Shown here in pieces: positions 9,837 through 19,587 of a DNA stretch of 64,000 nucleotides. Position 1 is the first letter of the stretch. Each line of letters begins with the position of its first letter. Source of the DNA: Planctomycetota bacterium (GTDB taxonomy: Bacteria > Planctomycetota > UBA8108 > SXIK01); assembly GCA_965223845.1 (NCBI GenBank), contig CBDCXR010000004.1, positions 3,168,001 through 3,232,000 on the forward strand, in the 5' to 3' direction. Both the position numbers and the translations under genes were made by a program. Under the pieces are notes generated by a model, which ran no database searches, was not told the origin of the DNA, and saw only the letters and a program-made list of their open reading frames with translations.

Positions 9837-10834
9837 CCCGTGCTCTCCGCAGCTCCGTCGACCTCGAAATAACGGACGCTGAATAGGTCATCCTCGTCGC
9901 ACCACGTCTCCACTTCGCGGAGTCCGGCCCGCGCCGCGAGCTTTGCGAACCTCCGGTGCGAGTACTTGTGAGAGTATTCCGTGATCACGTATTCCCCCCG
10001 CTCGATCGAAAAGTCTTCCTTCGCGACCCGGATCGACTGATCGCAGCGACTGACGAGACGCATCTCGATGCGCTCTGCCTCGTGGTCGTACACCGCGCGG
10101 TGCTCGAAGCGATCTTCGTCGATGTCGGCGCCGAGCTCGCGATTGAGGACTCGCAGGATGTTCTTATTGAATCGAGCCGTGACTCCGGCAGAGTCATTGT
10201 AGGCGGCCGAGATCACGTCCGGGCATTTGACGAGATCGACGCCGACGAGAACACCGCCGTCATCGCCCGCGACGTCCGCCAGATTTCGGAGAATCTGCTC
10301 GGCTTCTTCTTCTTCGAAGTTGCCGATGGTCGATCCGGGAAAGAACGCGACCCGGCGGCGCGTTTCCGGGGGAAGTTCCGGGATGTCGATCGCGCCGGTG
10401 AAATCGCCTTCCACGGGAACGACTTCGAGCTCGGGATAGCTCTCCTGAAGATCGCTTGCAGCACTTTCGAGGTGAGTTCCCGAGACGTCGATCGGCACAA
10501 AGCAAGCGACTTCGTCGAGAGCGTCGAGGAGGTAGCGCACCTTGACGCAGGAGCCCGCCCCCGGCTCGATCAGCGCCGCTCCCGGTCCGATGCGGTCCGC
10601 AATCTCTCCGGCGTTCGTGCGCAGGATCTCCGATTCGGCATCGGGGATGTAGTACTCGGGGAGATCGCAGATCTCGTCGAACAGCTTCGAACCGGTTTCG
10701 TCATAGAAGAGCTTCGACGGGAGTCGCTTCGGTTCGGAAGAGAGACCGTCCATCACTTCTTGAGCCGTTTCACGACAATCCCTGTCCGACTCGCCTAGGT
10801 CGAGTTCGACTCCATCGCTTCGCTTACTACGCAT
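9833..10834 (-). CDS. egtD: L-histidine N-alpha-methyltransferase EgtD
   Basis: KRLPSKLFYDETGSKLFDEICDLPEYY, IEPGAGS, FFPGSTIGNF, AYNDSAGVTARFNKNIL, TEYSHKY. Overlaps egtB by 4 bp. Confidence 0.95.
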   Translation of the reverse strand: MRSKRSDGVELDLGESDRDCRETAQEVMDGLSSEPKRLPSKLFYDETGSKLFDEICDLPEYYIPDAESEILRTNAGEIADRIGPGAALIEPGAGSCVKVRYLLDALDEVACFVPIDVSGTHLESAASDLQESYPELEVVPVEGDFTGAIDIPELPPETRRRVAFFPGSTIGNFEEEEAEQILRNLADVAGDDGGVLVGVDLVKCPDVISAAYNDSAGVTARFNKNILRVLNRELGADIDEDRFEHRAVYDHEAERIEMRLVSRCDQSIRVAKEDFSIERGEYVITEYSHKYSHRRFAKLAARAGLREVETWCDEDDLFSVRYFEVDGAAESTG

Positions 10835-10929
10835 CGATCCGGCCTTCCTGGAAAGAAATGTAAACTGAGTCCAACACTGCCCCTCGGTACCTCGAGTTCA
10901 AACGGCGTCGCAGCGGTAGCACGGGACCG

Positions 10930-12036
10930 TCAGAACGAAATGGATTCCTCGAACCTGACGAGTGCCTCGGGGAAGCCGTAGTGCCCGAACCCGATCCGGA
11001 CGTGGTCGTCCGGCGCCTCGAAAAGCGGCGACGGCAGCGCCATGACGCCCGACCGGGCGAGCGCGCGGTCGCAGAGCGCGCTCGCGCTCTCCCCGAGAAC
11101 TCGGGCGAAGCCGACGGTCCCCGCCGCGGGTGCAGTCCACGAAAACTGGGTGGAGCGTCGCGACAGGAACGCCTCGAACCTCTCGACATTTTTCCCGACG
11201 AGCTCGCGGCGCTCGGGGAGGATCGCGCCGTGAGCTCGGAGCGCGATCGCGCCGAGGAGCTCACAGACCGGCGACGACACCGCGGACGTCGCGCAGCGGA
11301 GACGACGGACTCTCTGAACGAACTCGCGATCGCGCGACACGATCCAACCGAGTCGAATTCCAGCGAGACCGAACGTCTTCGATAGGCTAGAGACGACGAC
11401 CCCGCGTTCGTCGGCGTCGACCACCGACGGCAGCCGCGGACATCCCGCGGGCTCGATTCCACGAAACACCTCGTCGCAAAAGACGCGCACACGACGAGCT
11501 CTCGCCGCGTCGAGGATCGCCGCGAACTCGTCCTCGGACGGCACCCAGCCCGTCGGGTTGTGTGGAATGTTGAGAATGAGGAGGCGAGTTTCGTGACGAA
11601 ACAACGGTTCGAGGCCCCCCGCCGTCCAGCTCCACTCCACCCCGCCGTCGGGCATCCATTCGGAAACTTCGCACCCGATCGCCGACGCCCACGCGCTCAG
11701 CGGCGCGTACCGAGGGGTCGAGACGATCGCGTGGTCGCCGGGCCGAACCGCGGCCAGATTCGCGAGCATCAGCGCTTCGCTTCCCGGAACGACGACCACA
11801 TCGTTCTCGCTCACCGAGTCGTAGAGCGCCGCGACTTCCGCGCGCAGCTCCTCACCGCCGCGCGCGTCGCCGTATCCGAGCGACAAGGACGCGAATCGCT
11901 CCCGATCGTCCGGTGTCCCGAGCGCTAGCAACGCTTCGAGACCCAGCGATTCACACTCCGAACTCGAGATCGAGTGGGAGAATTCCGTGCCTTCGTCGAA
12001 GAAGCGTTCAGCGATGTGGTGCCGCGGAAGATCCAT
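10930..12036 (-). CDS. Class I/II (fold type I) PLP-dependent enzyme, aminotransferase-like
   Basis: GYGDARG, NIPHNPTG, DEVF, PLP-lysine motif SSLSKTFGLAGIRLGW, C-terminal VRIGFG. Start moved to MDLPRHH. Confidence 0.88.
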   Translation of the reverse strand: MDLPRHHIAERFFDEGTEFSHSISSSECESLGLEALLALGTPDDRERFASLSLGYGDARGGEELRAEVAALYDSVSENDVVVVPGSEALMLANLAAVRPGDHAIVSTPRYAPLSAWASAIGCEVSEWMPDGGVEWSWTAGGLEPLFRHETRLLILNIPHNPTGWVPSEDEFAAILDAARARRVRVFCDEVFRGIEPAGCPRLPSVVDADERGVVVSSLSKTFGLAGIRLGWIVSRDREFVQRVRRLRCATSAVSSPVCELLGAIALRAHGAILPERRELVGKNVERFEAFLSRRSTQFSWTAPAAGTVGFARVLGESASALCDRALARSGVMALPSPLFEAPDDHVRIGFGHYGFPEALVRFEESISF

Positions 12037-12297
12037 GAGGCCCGTCGATCGAAACGAAGTCGGACGTCGCAGCGCGATCGCCGAAACGCGCAGCCACGCC
12101 GACGTGGATCCGCCTCTTGTACGCGGTTTCGCCCTACGATTCCACCCGCGAAGCAGATCGCCGGGAGAACTCCCGCTTGCGGCCGTCCGCGGACAATCGA
12201 GACGCTCATTGAAATCCCGCCGGATCGTGAGCACCATGGCAGTCTCGCGTACGTAGACCTCGATTCCTGACCAGCGGATGCCGATGGAGGGTAGGCG

Positions 12298-12756
12298 ATG
12301 CGGAACGAAGGCAGCATCGAGATCGACCGTCCGATCGCGGAAGTGTTCGAGTACACGAACCACAACGTCGCCGACTGGAGCCTCGTCGTCGTCGAAGACG
12401 AGGGAGTCAAGCAGACACCCGAGGGCGTCGGTTCGACCTTCCGCATTGTCACCGAGGACCGCGGACGGAGGATGGAGTTCGAGGGCGTCGTAACGAAGTG
12501 GGATCCCCCGCGTGCCTCGACGGTTTTGATGCGAAACGCGCAGTTCGACATAGAAGCGGCTTACCGGTTCGAGGAGCTCTCACGAGACCAAACGCGCGTC
12601 ACGCAGACCGCGAACGTCACGGCGAAAGGCTTCATGAAGATCATGATGTTCTGCCTCGGTTGGCTCGGGAAGAAGTCGAGCTGCCGCGCGCAGGAGAACG
12701 AGCTCGCGAATCTGAAGCGTCTCCTCGAAGAGAGGGCGAGCGCGACGGCGGAGTGA
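12298..12756 (+). CDS. SRPBCC/START-like family protein
   Basis: SIEIDRPIAEVFEY N-terminus, GVGSTF, WDPP, and C-terminal helix ELANLKRLLE. GGAGGG upstream. Confidence 0.8.
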   Translation: MRNEGSIEIDRPIAEVFEYTNHNVADWSLVVVEDEGVKQTPEGVGSTFRIVTEDRGRRMEFEGVVTKWDPPRASTVLMRNAQFDIEAAYRFEELSRDQTRVTQTANVTAKGFMKIMMFCLGWLGKKSSCRAQENELANLKRLLEERASATAE

Positions 12757-12828
12757 CCGGATCGTCGGCCCGACGTCGACGAACGCGCCACCGAAGCCGC
12801 GTCTGAAAGGATCAACGAGATACCGCGG

Positions 12829-13746
12829 ATGTCGAGCGCCGAATCGTCCCGGGAGTTTTCGCTCCGCGGCATCGTCCCCCCTCTCGTCACGCCGCTCGCC
12901 GAACGCGATCGCATCGACGAGCCCGGCGCCACTCGACTCCTCGAGCACGTCATCGCGGGCGGTGTCACGGGAGTTTTCGTGCTCGGGACGACCGGTGAGG
13001 CGCCGAGCCTCAGCTACCGGCTGAGGCGCGAGTTCATCGAGCTCGTTTGCGCGACCGTCGGCGGACGGATCCCCGTCGTCGTCGGGGTGACGGACACCGC
13101 GTTTGTGGAGTCGATTCGGCTCGCGGGAATCGCGCACGACGCCGGAGCGAGCGCCGTCGTCCTCTCGACGCCCTACTATTTCCCCGCCGGCCAAACAGAG
13201 CTCCTTCACTACGTAAACCGCATCGCGGCCGAGCTACCGCTTCCACTCATCCTCTACAACATGCCGAGCCTCACGAAGGTGTGGTTCGAGATCGACTCGC
13301 TGCGCGAGCTCGCCGCGCTCGATTCGATCGTCGGCATCAAAGACAGCAGCGGCGATCTCGCGTACTTCGAGAGGCTCACCGCGCTCAAAGAGCTCCGGCC
13401 GGATTGGGAGATCCTCATCGGGCCCGAGCACCTCCTCGTCGAGTCGCTCTCTCTCGAGGGTGACGGCGGCGTTCACGGTGGAGCGAACATCTTCCCCGAG
13501 CTCTTCGTCGAGCTCTACCGCGCGGCAGTCGACGGCGACGCGTCGCGCTGTCGCGAGCTACAGGGAAAAGTCGGAGAACTGCAAGCGATCTACTCGATCG
13601 GCAAGTACGCGAGCCGCTTCATCAAGGCGACGAAGTGTGCGCTTTCGCTCAAGGGTATTTGCAGCGACCACATGGCGGAGCCGTTCGATCACTTTCTGCC
13701 GCCGGAGCGAGCGCGGGTGGCGACGATTCTCGAGCGACTTGCTTAA
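12829..13746 (+). CDS. Dihydrodipicolinate synthase (DapA/NanA) family aldolase/dehydratase
   Basis: [19 protein letters not shown], Schiff-base GIKDSSGD. Confidence 0.88.
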   Translation: MSSAESSREFSLRGIVPPLVTPLAERDRIDEPGATRLLEHVIAGGVTGVFVLGTTGEAPSLSYRLRREFIELVCATVGGRIPVVVGVTDTAFVESIRLAGIAHDAGASAVVLSTPYYFPAGQTELLHYVNRIAAELPLPLILYNMPSLTKVWFEIDSLRELAALDSIVGIKDSSGDLAYFERLTALKELRPDWEILIGPEHLLVESLSLEGDGGVHGGANIFPELFVELYRAAVDGDASRCRELQGKVGELQAIYSIGKYASRFIKATKCALSLKGICSDHMAEPFDHFLPPERARVATILERLA

Positions 13747-13748
13747 GA

Positions 13749-14050
13749 AGAAGTTTCACACGAAGGACGCGAAGAGCCGCGAAGGCAGACGAAGGGGGGA
13801 GAGGATTTGAGTGTGCGGGCTACGCATGTGGAAGGTTCAGAGTGTCTCGCTCGCTCACCGCGGAACAGTACGAAGTAGAGTCTTGGGATTCCGTCCACCC
13901 GCTTCATCCGTCCTGATGCGAGATCGGCGCGGGTGATGCACCGGGATCCGGTCACGCCACGGACGACCTCACGCCGCGACCGCTGTTCACCAAGAATCTC
14001 TCCTCTTCGTCTGCCTTCGCGGCTCTTCGCGTCCTTCGTGTGAAACTTCT
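13749..14050. repeat. Element bounded by a perfect 46-bp inverted repeat (repeat family A; REP/MITE-like)
   Basis: 13749-13794 AGAAGTTTCACACGAAGGACGCGAAGAGCCGCGAAGGCAGACGAAG is the exact reverse complement of 14005-14050. The spacer is 210 bp and the element lies between convergent genes. Confidence 0.9.
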
Positions 14051-14064
14051 CCTCTGGGAGCCTT

Positions 14065-15537
14065 CTAACGCCGCGGCCTCACCGCCGGAGGATGCGCCGC
14101 GAGCTTCGCGCGCAGCTCCGCCATCACCTCAGGCCGTACGCCGGCGAGGTTCTTCGTCTCGAGCGGATCGTCCTCGTAGTCGTAGAGTTCGTATTCGATT
14201 TCGGCGCTTCCGTCCCACGTCTTCCACTCGACGAGTCGATAGCGCTGCGTTCGGATCGCGCGGCCGAGCCGATTCCTTCCGCGCGGATAGCAGTGGTAGA
14301 CGTGATCGCGTACGCTCTGGGTAGGATCCTTCAGGATCGAGACCAGGCTTCGGCCATCGATGGGCTGCGTACCTTTCGGCACTGGCAGTCCCGCGAGCCC
14401 CGCGAGCGTCGGATACAGGTCGACCGACTCGACGAGTGCGCGAGTGCTCGTCCCGGCCTTCGTGACGCCGGGAGCGACGACGAGGATCGGGATGCGATTC
14501 GCCTCCTCGTAGTTCGTGTGCTTCGTCCAGGCGCCGTGGTCGCCGAGGTGATAGCCATGATCGCCCCAGAGAACGACGACGGTGTTCTCTGTGAGCTCGA
14601 GGCGGTCGAGAGCATCGAGCACGCGACCGACCTGAGCGTCCATGTAGCTGAGCGACGCGTAATACCCATGAATCAGCGTCCGCGTGAGCTCCTCAGTGAG
14701 CGGAGGTCTCGCGGGCACCGGTTTGTATTGGTTGAGCTCGCCGAGTGTCTTCCCCGCGTAGGGCGGTGCACCCTGGGGTGGACGCGTGAACTTCGCGAGC
14801 GGCAGCGACTCCGGCGAGTAGAGCTTCCAGTACTTTTCCGGCGCACAGAATGGAAGGTGCGGCTTCGTGAATCCCAGCGCGAGAAAGAACCGCGTCCCCG
14901 ACTGTTTGTATTTCTCAAGCCGGCGGATTCCCTCCGACGCGATGCGTCCGTCGGCGTACGCGTCATCGGAGACGCCGGCGCGTTCCCACGCCGCTCCGCG
15001 GGGGAGTCCTCGCGCCGGCCGATTGCTGAAGAGGGCTTCTTCGCGCGTCAGCTCTCCGTCCGTGCTCTCGGGGAGGACGTAGTCGATCACCTTGTCCGGC
15101 TGAAACGGGACGCTCCACGAATGTTCGTCGTTCACGTTCCCGTGCCCGATGTGAAACACCTTGCCGATTCCGGCGGCGTGGTAGCCGTGCCTCTTGAAGA
15201 GCTGAGGCAGCGTAACCGTATCCGGCACGGCTCGACGGAAGTGGTAGCCGAGGCTGTACACCCCGGTCGAGGTCGACCGCGAGGACGTCAAAAGATGATT
15301 CCGCGACGGCGCGCACACCGCTTGGTTGCAGTAAGCGGCATCGAAGCGCAGCCCGCGGGCGGCGAGACGATCGAGGTTCGGCGAGTGCACCCACGCCTCA
15401 CCGTACGCTCCGAACGACGGTTTCAGATCGTCGACGAGGAGGAGAAGGACGTTCGGACGCGCGCTTTCCGATGCCGGAGCCGCAGTGCACGTTCCGACGA
15501 CGAGCAGGAATACGATCAGAAGCTTCATTCCAGCCAT
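14065..15537 (-). CDS. Sulfatase (iduronate-2-sulfatase/choline-sulfatase-like)
   Basis: PNVLLLLVDDL, CAPSR formylglycine motif, GKVFH, KPHLPF, WGDHGYHLG. Signal peptide and GAAGGA upstream of the chosen start. Confidence 0.92.
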   Translation of the reverse strand: MAGMKLLIVFLLVVGTCTAAPASESARPNVLLLLVDDLKPSFGAYGEAWVHSPNLDRLAARGLRFDAAYCNQAVCAPSRNHLLTSSRSTSTGVYSLGYHFRRAVPDTVTLPQLFKRHGYHAAGIGKVFHIGHGNVNDEHSWSVPFQPDKVIDYVLPESTDGELTREEALFSNRPARGLPRGAAWERAGVSDDAYADGRIASEGIRRLEKYKQSGTRFFLALGFTKPHLPFCAPEKYWKLYSPESLPLAKFTRPPQGAPPYAGKTLGELNQYKPVPARPPLTEELTRTLIHGYYASLSYMDAQVGRVLDALDRLELTENTVVVLWGDHGYHLGDHGAWTKHTNYEEANRIPILVVAPGVTKAGTSTRALVESVDLYPTLAGLAGLPVPKGTQPIDGRSLVSILKDPTQSVRDHVYHCYPRGRNRLGRAIRTQRYRLVEWKTWDGSAEIEYELYDYEDDPLETKNLAGVRPEVMAELRAKLAAHPPAVRPRR

Positions 15538-15739
15538 TCGCGTTCCTTCAACGGATCGACAGTATTCTCGCGACCGAGTTTGGACGAGCGAGACAAATCT
15601 CGGCGCCGGCTTCCCCCGATCCGCGGCCAAAGCGGCTATCATGGGCGGCCGTGTCGACCGGTACGATGTCAGGACGCCGCCGCGGCTCCGTGTTCCATCG
15701 AGTCGACGCCACTCCTTTCGCTCTCGCTGGACCGCTACC

Positions 15740-17317
15740 ATGAGAATAACGACCTTCTTAGCCGTTTTCGCCGCGACCCTAGGCGGCGCGCCCGTCTCCG
15801 CTCAGACCGAACGCGGTCCGGATGCCGCCGGCAGTCGACCGAACATCGTCTTCATGCTCTCCGACGACATGGGCTGGGCGCAGCCGGGATTCAACGGCGG
15901 AAACAAAGAGCTGACGCCGAACATCGATCGACTCGCGACCGAAGGACTGCGTCTCACTCAGTTCTACACCCACTCGGTGTGCGCGCCGACGCGCGGGGCG
16001 TTTCTCACCGGGCGCTACGCGTTCCGCAACTGGATGGACTGGCGCTCCGAGGACTTCGGAAAGCCGAGCTATCTGAACGCACTCGGTCTCACGCTCGCGA
16101 TCAACGACGACGGCGTCCCCACGCGGCGCATCCACGCGCTCGACACGAGCGAGCGCACGATCGCCGAGGCGCTGAGCGAAGCCGGATACTTCACCGCGAT
16201 CGTCGGGAAGTGGCACTGCGGCGAGTGGCTCCCGGAGCACCTCCCGATGGCGCAGGGCTTTCAACACCAGTACGGCCACTACGCCTGGGGGATCGACTAC
16301 TACAACTTCACGATTCCCCACAACGCCCCGGCGCGGTTTGCCGTCTACGATTGGCATCGGAACCAGAAACCGCTCCAGGAAGACGGATACGCGACGGATC
16401 TTTTCGCCGCCGAAGCGGAACGGGTGATCGCGCGACAATCGAAGGAGCGCCCCTTCTTCCTCTACGTACCCTTCAACGCGGTTCACGGCCCGATCAACAA
16501 GGTGCCGCGCTACACGGACAAGTACGACGCGCGGAGCGCCGCGCTCAAGTGCCTCGACGATGCCGTCGGACGGATCCTCGGCGCGATCGACGAGCACGGC
16601 TTCCGCGACTCGACGCTCGTCGTCTTTACGAACGACAACGGCGGTCTCTTCGAGGAGATGAGCCGGCCCTACCGCGGGACGAAGAACACCACCTTCGAAG
16701 GCGGCGTGCGCGTCCCCTGCATCCTCCGGTGGCCCGGCCGCACGAAGCCCGGAAGCGTAAACGACGGGATGATGTTCATTGCGGACTTCTTCTCGACGTT
16801 GATTACGCTCGCCGGCGGCAAGCACGAACAGAAGCTCCCGGTCGACGCGCTCGACATGACGGGGCTGCTCTTTGGCGGGAAGGCGACGCCGCGCACGGAG
16901 ATCGTCTTCGAAGTCGCGGGAAGCGTCCGCCTCCCGACGATCCGGAGCGGCGACTACAAGCTCATGGGCGACATGCTCTTCAACGTGAGAGAGGATCCCA
17001 GCGAGCGAACCGACCTCGCCGCGCAGAGACCCGATGTCGTGAAGCGACTCCGCGCGCGTCTCGACGCCGTGGGAAAGGAGCGCCCGCCGCTCGGGGACAA
17101 GCCGCTCCTCATGGACCCGCCACTCCCCTACATCTACGGGCTCGAGGAGAACAAGAACGTGCCCGCGTGGCTGAAAACCGCGGTCGAAAAGGTCCGCGCG
17201 ACTCAGCCTAAGTCATGGCCGCCCGGAGAAACGCCGTGGCCCCAGGCCCCGAAGGGGGCGTTCGCATCGAAGCAGCCGAAGTCCGAGCTGCCTCCCGATC
17301 GCGGAAAGAGCGAGTAG
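15740..17317 (+). CDS. Arylsulfatase family protein
   Basis: Signal peptide MRITTFLAVF, PNIVFMLSDDMG, CAPTR, GKWHCG, DNGG, EGGVRVP. Confidence 0.92.
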   Translation: MRITTFLAVFAATLGGAPVSAQTERGPDAAGSRPNIVFMLSDDMGWAQPGFNGGNKELTPNIDRLATEGLRLTQFYTHSVCAPTRGAFLTGRYAFRNWMDWRSEDFGKPSYLNALGLTLAINDDGVPTRRIHALDTSERTIAEALSEAGYFTAIVGKWHCGEWLPEHLPMAQGFQHQYGHYAWGIDYYNFTIPHNAPARFAVYDWHRNQKPLQEDGYATDLFAAEAERVIARQSKERPFFLYVPFNAVHGPINKVPRYTDKYDARSAALKCLDDAVGRILGAIDEHGFRDSTLVVFTNDNGGLFEEMSRPYRGTKNTTFEGGVRVPCILRWPGRTKPGSVNDGMMFIADFFSTLITLAGGKHEQKLPVDALDMTGLLFGGKATPRTEIVFEVAGSVRLPTIRSGDYKLMGDMLFNVREDPSERTDLAAQRPDVVKRLRARLDAVGKERPPLGDKPLLMDPPLPYIYGLEENKNVPAWLKTAVEKVRATQPKSWPPGETPWPQAPKGAFASKQPKSELPPDRGKSE

Positions 17318-17360
17318 CCGCGGAGTCGCGCCAGATTCGAGGATCGAATCGATCCGCTCG

Positions 17361-17395
17361 CTTCCTCTCCCTTTACGCTCTCTTCGTGCGAAGCT
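17361..17395. repeat. Degenerate repeat family A copy
   Basis: CTTCCTCTCCCTTTACGCTCTCTTCGTGCGAAGCT resembles the right arm of family A and sits between convergent sulfatase genes. Confidence 0.4.
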
Positions 17396-17416
17396 CTTCT
17401 CTCAAGGACGAAATCA

Positions 17417-18976
17417 CTAGCTACCGAAGCGCGGCGCCGAATGCCCCTGCTCCCGAATCCGTTCGAGGAGCGCGCGCATTTCCGCAACTCGCTTCGGATG
17501 TTCGGCGGCCACGTTCTTCCGCTGCGCGATGTCCTCGGCGAGGTTGTAGAGCTCAACCGGCGCGTCGTCATCGGGTGCGTACTCCCGTTTCGCCTCCCAC
17601 GCCTTGTCGCGCGCGGACACGTAACCGTTCTTCGCGAGGATCAAGAGCCAGTCGCCGCTTCGCACCGCGAAGTTCTTATTGTGCGCGCAGTGGATGTAGT
17701 TCGTCCTCGCGCCTTTTTCCTCGCCCTTCAAGATCGAGAGAACGCTGTGCGAATCCTCGGCCGCGTCTCGCGGGAGCTCGAAGCCGAGCACCTCGGCGAA
17801 TGTCGCCATGAGATCGATCTGCGAGACGAGCGCGCTCGAGGTCGAACCGGGCTTGACGACGCCCGGCCACCTGACGATGAAGGGGACGTGATGCCCGCCC
17901 TCGTAGAGATCGCGCTTCAGCCCGCGAAACGGAGCGGCCGACCAATGGTCGAAGTTCCTGTCACGCGGGTAGGCGTACCGCTCGGGACCGTTGTCGGCCG
18001 TGAAGACGACGATCGTGTTCTTCGCCTGGCCGGTCTCCTCAAGCGCGTCGAGGATCCGGCCCGAGGCGTGGTCGGTTTCGTAGACGAAGTCACCGTAAGC
18101 CCCCGCCTTCGACTTTCCGTCGAACTCGTCGTTGGGGATGATCGGTGCGTGCGGTGAGGGAAAAGCGAAGTAGAGAAAGAACGGACTCTTCGTATCTTTC
18201 TGCGCTCGAATGTACTCGACCGCGCGCTTCGTCGTTGTCGGGATGTTCTCGTAGGGATCCCAATCCGAGATCATCGGCCCGGGGCGACACTCCCAGTTTC
18301 CCTCCTTGATCTTCTTCCACTTCGAAGTGTCCATGAGCGTGTCCGGCGCCTTCACCACGCGGTCGTTCTCGATCCAACAGTAGGGCGGAAAGTTGATCAC
18401 GGTGTCGCCAAAGTAGTGGTCGAAGCCGTGCGCGAGCGGGCCGTCGGGGATCGACTTCGACCAATCGAACGCCTCGGGGCCGAACGATCGGCGCCGTCCC
18501 TTCGAAATCGGCTTCGCGTCGGGCTTCTTGATCGCGTCCCAGTTCCACCCGAGGTGCCACTTCCCGATCGCAGCGGTCGCATAGCCGCGCTCCTTCAGCA
18601 TTTCGGGAAGCGTGAGGCGCTCGGGAGCGAACACCGACTTTCCGAAGACACCGACGATTCCGTGAAAGTCGCGCCAGTGGTGGCGCCCGGTGAGGAGCGC
18701 GTAGCGACTCGGGCTACAGATGCTCGCCGACGAGTGACCGTCGGTGAAGCGCAGCCCTTCGCTCGCGAGTCGATCGATGCGAGGAGTCGAAATCTTCGAC
18801 TTCGGATTCTGGCTGCTCAGATCGCCGTAGCCGAGGTCGTCGGCGTAGAGGATGAGGATATTGGGGGGAGTTCGGTTCCCCGGTCGAGGCTCCTCGACGG
18901 CGCTGACTTTCGTCTCCGCGAAGACGACACCCGAGAGGACGACGAGAAAGAGGTAACTCGATGGGAGCATTCGCAT
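17417..18976 (-). CDS. Arylsulfatase A-like sulfatase
   Basis: [37 protein letters not shown], signal peptide. Confidence 0.93.
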   Translation of the reverse strand: MRMLPSSYLFLVVLSGVVFAETKVSAVEEPRPGNRTPPNILILYADDLGYGDLSSQNPKSKISTPRIDRLASEGLRFTDGHSSASICSPSRYALLTGRHHWRDFHGIVGVFGKSVFAPERLTLPEMLKERGYATAAIGKWHLGWNWDAIKKPDAKPISKGRRRSFGPEAFDWSKSIPDGPLAHGFDHYFGDTVINFPPYCWIENDRVVKAPDTLMDTSKWKKIKEGNWECRPGPMISDWDPYENIPTTTKRAVEYIRAQKDTKSPFFLYFAFPSPHAPIIPNDEFDGKSKAGAYGDFVYETDHASGRILDALEETGQAKNTIVVFTADNGPERYAYPRDRNFDHWSAAPFRGLKRDLYEGGHHVPFIVRWPGVVKPGSTSSALVSQIDLMATFAEVLGFELPRDAAEDSHSVLSILKGEEKGARTNYIHCAHNKNFAVRSGDWLLILAKNGYVSARDKAWEAKREYAPDDDAPVELYNLAEDIAQRKNVAAEHPKRVAEMRALLERIREQGHSAPRFGS

Positions 18977-19041
18977 CGCTATGTCTTCCTGCAGTGCAAA
19001 GTGAGTCGAGAGCTCGACCTGCGTTTCGAACGATCGGAAAG

Positions 19042-19587
19042 TTACGAATCGGCGGACGGGCCCCGCTGAGCTGCAGCACGAATGTCCCGTTCGCGAATTC
19101 GCCCGCTTCGCCCCGTCCCTTCGACCTGTAGCCAGTCGACGCCGAGCGAACGCGCGAGGCGCGCGGCGCGAGGCGTCATCGTCGGCCCCGATTCGCTCTC
19201 GCCGAGGCGCAGCTCCTCGGCAGGGGCGTCCGAGTCCGGTTCCGGTCTCGAGTTCGGTGGAGCGCCGTCCGCCGCTCGAGTTTCGCTCGCCACGAGGAGC
19301 GAAGACGCGTCCTCGAGCTCCTCCGGCATATCCTCGCCCTCGGCGACGATGAAGCCGAGCACCTGCCCCACGCGGACGGAATCTCCTTCGCGCGGAGCGG
19401 CGTCAGGGACGCGAAGAATGCCGCCGTCGAGACTCTCGACTTCGGCCGTCGCCTTCTCGTTTTCGACGAGGAAGAGCGGATCACCGGGATGAACGCGTTC
19501 GCCGTCGCGTTTCAGCCATCCGGCGAAGACGCCTTCGTCCATGCTCCAGCCGAGACGGGGAACGACGATGCGCTGGGCCACGGTCAC
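19042..19587 (-). CDS. Lipoyl domain + E3/E1-binding domain protein lacking the acyltransferase core (E2 stub)
   Basis: [11 protein letters not shown]...[11 protein letters not shown] lipoyl domain, acidic linker, [30 protein letters not shown] binding domain, then stop. Confidence 0.85.
   Translation of the reverse strand: MTVAQRIVVPRLGWSMDEGVFAGWLKRDGERVHPGDPLFLVENEKATAEVESLDGGILRVPDAAPREGDSVRVGQVLGFIVAEGEDMPEELEDASSLLVASETRAADGAPPNSRPEPDSDAPAEELRLGESESGPTMTPRAARLARSLGVDWLQVEGTGRSGRIRERDIRAAAQRGPSADS

Noticed and set aside
12090-12145. c-di-GMP-I riboswitch-like AGGGCGAAACC segment upstream of the PLP gene (minus strand)
   Set aside because: It lacks the GAAA-tetraloop stem and the following GACGCAAAGC-like segment. 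The resemblance is too short.
13749-14050. CRISPR array or autonomous IS
   Set aside because: The repeats are inverted rather than regularly spaced direct repeats. There is no cas or transposase gene and no clear target-site duplication.
14092-17211. 1039-aa + strand ORF and many other long overlapping ORFs (e.g. 7854-9872, 36760-38730, 19695-21173)
   Set aside because: These are antisense or off-frame shadows of well-supported genes. They are Arg/Ala-rich with no motifs, as expected in high-GC DNA.
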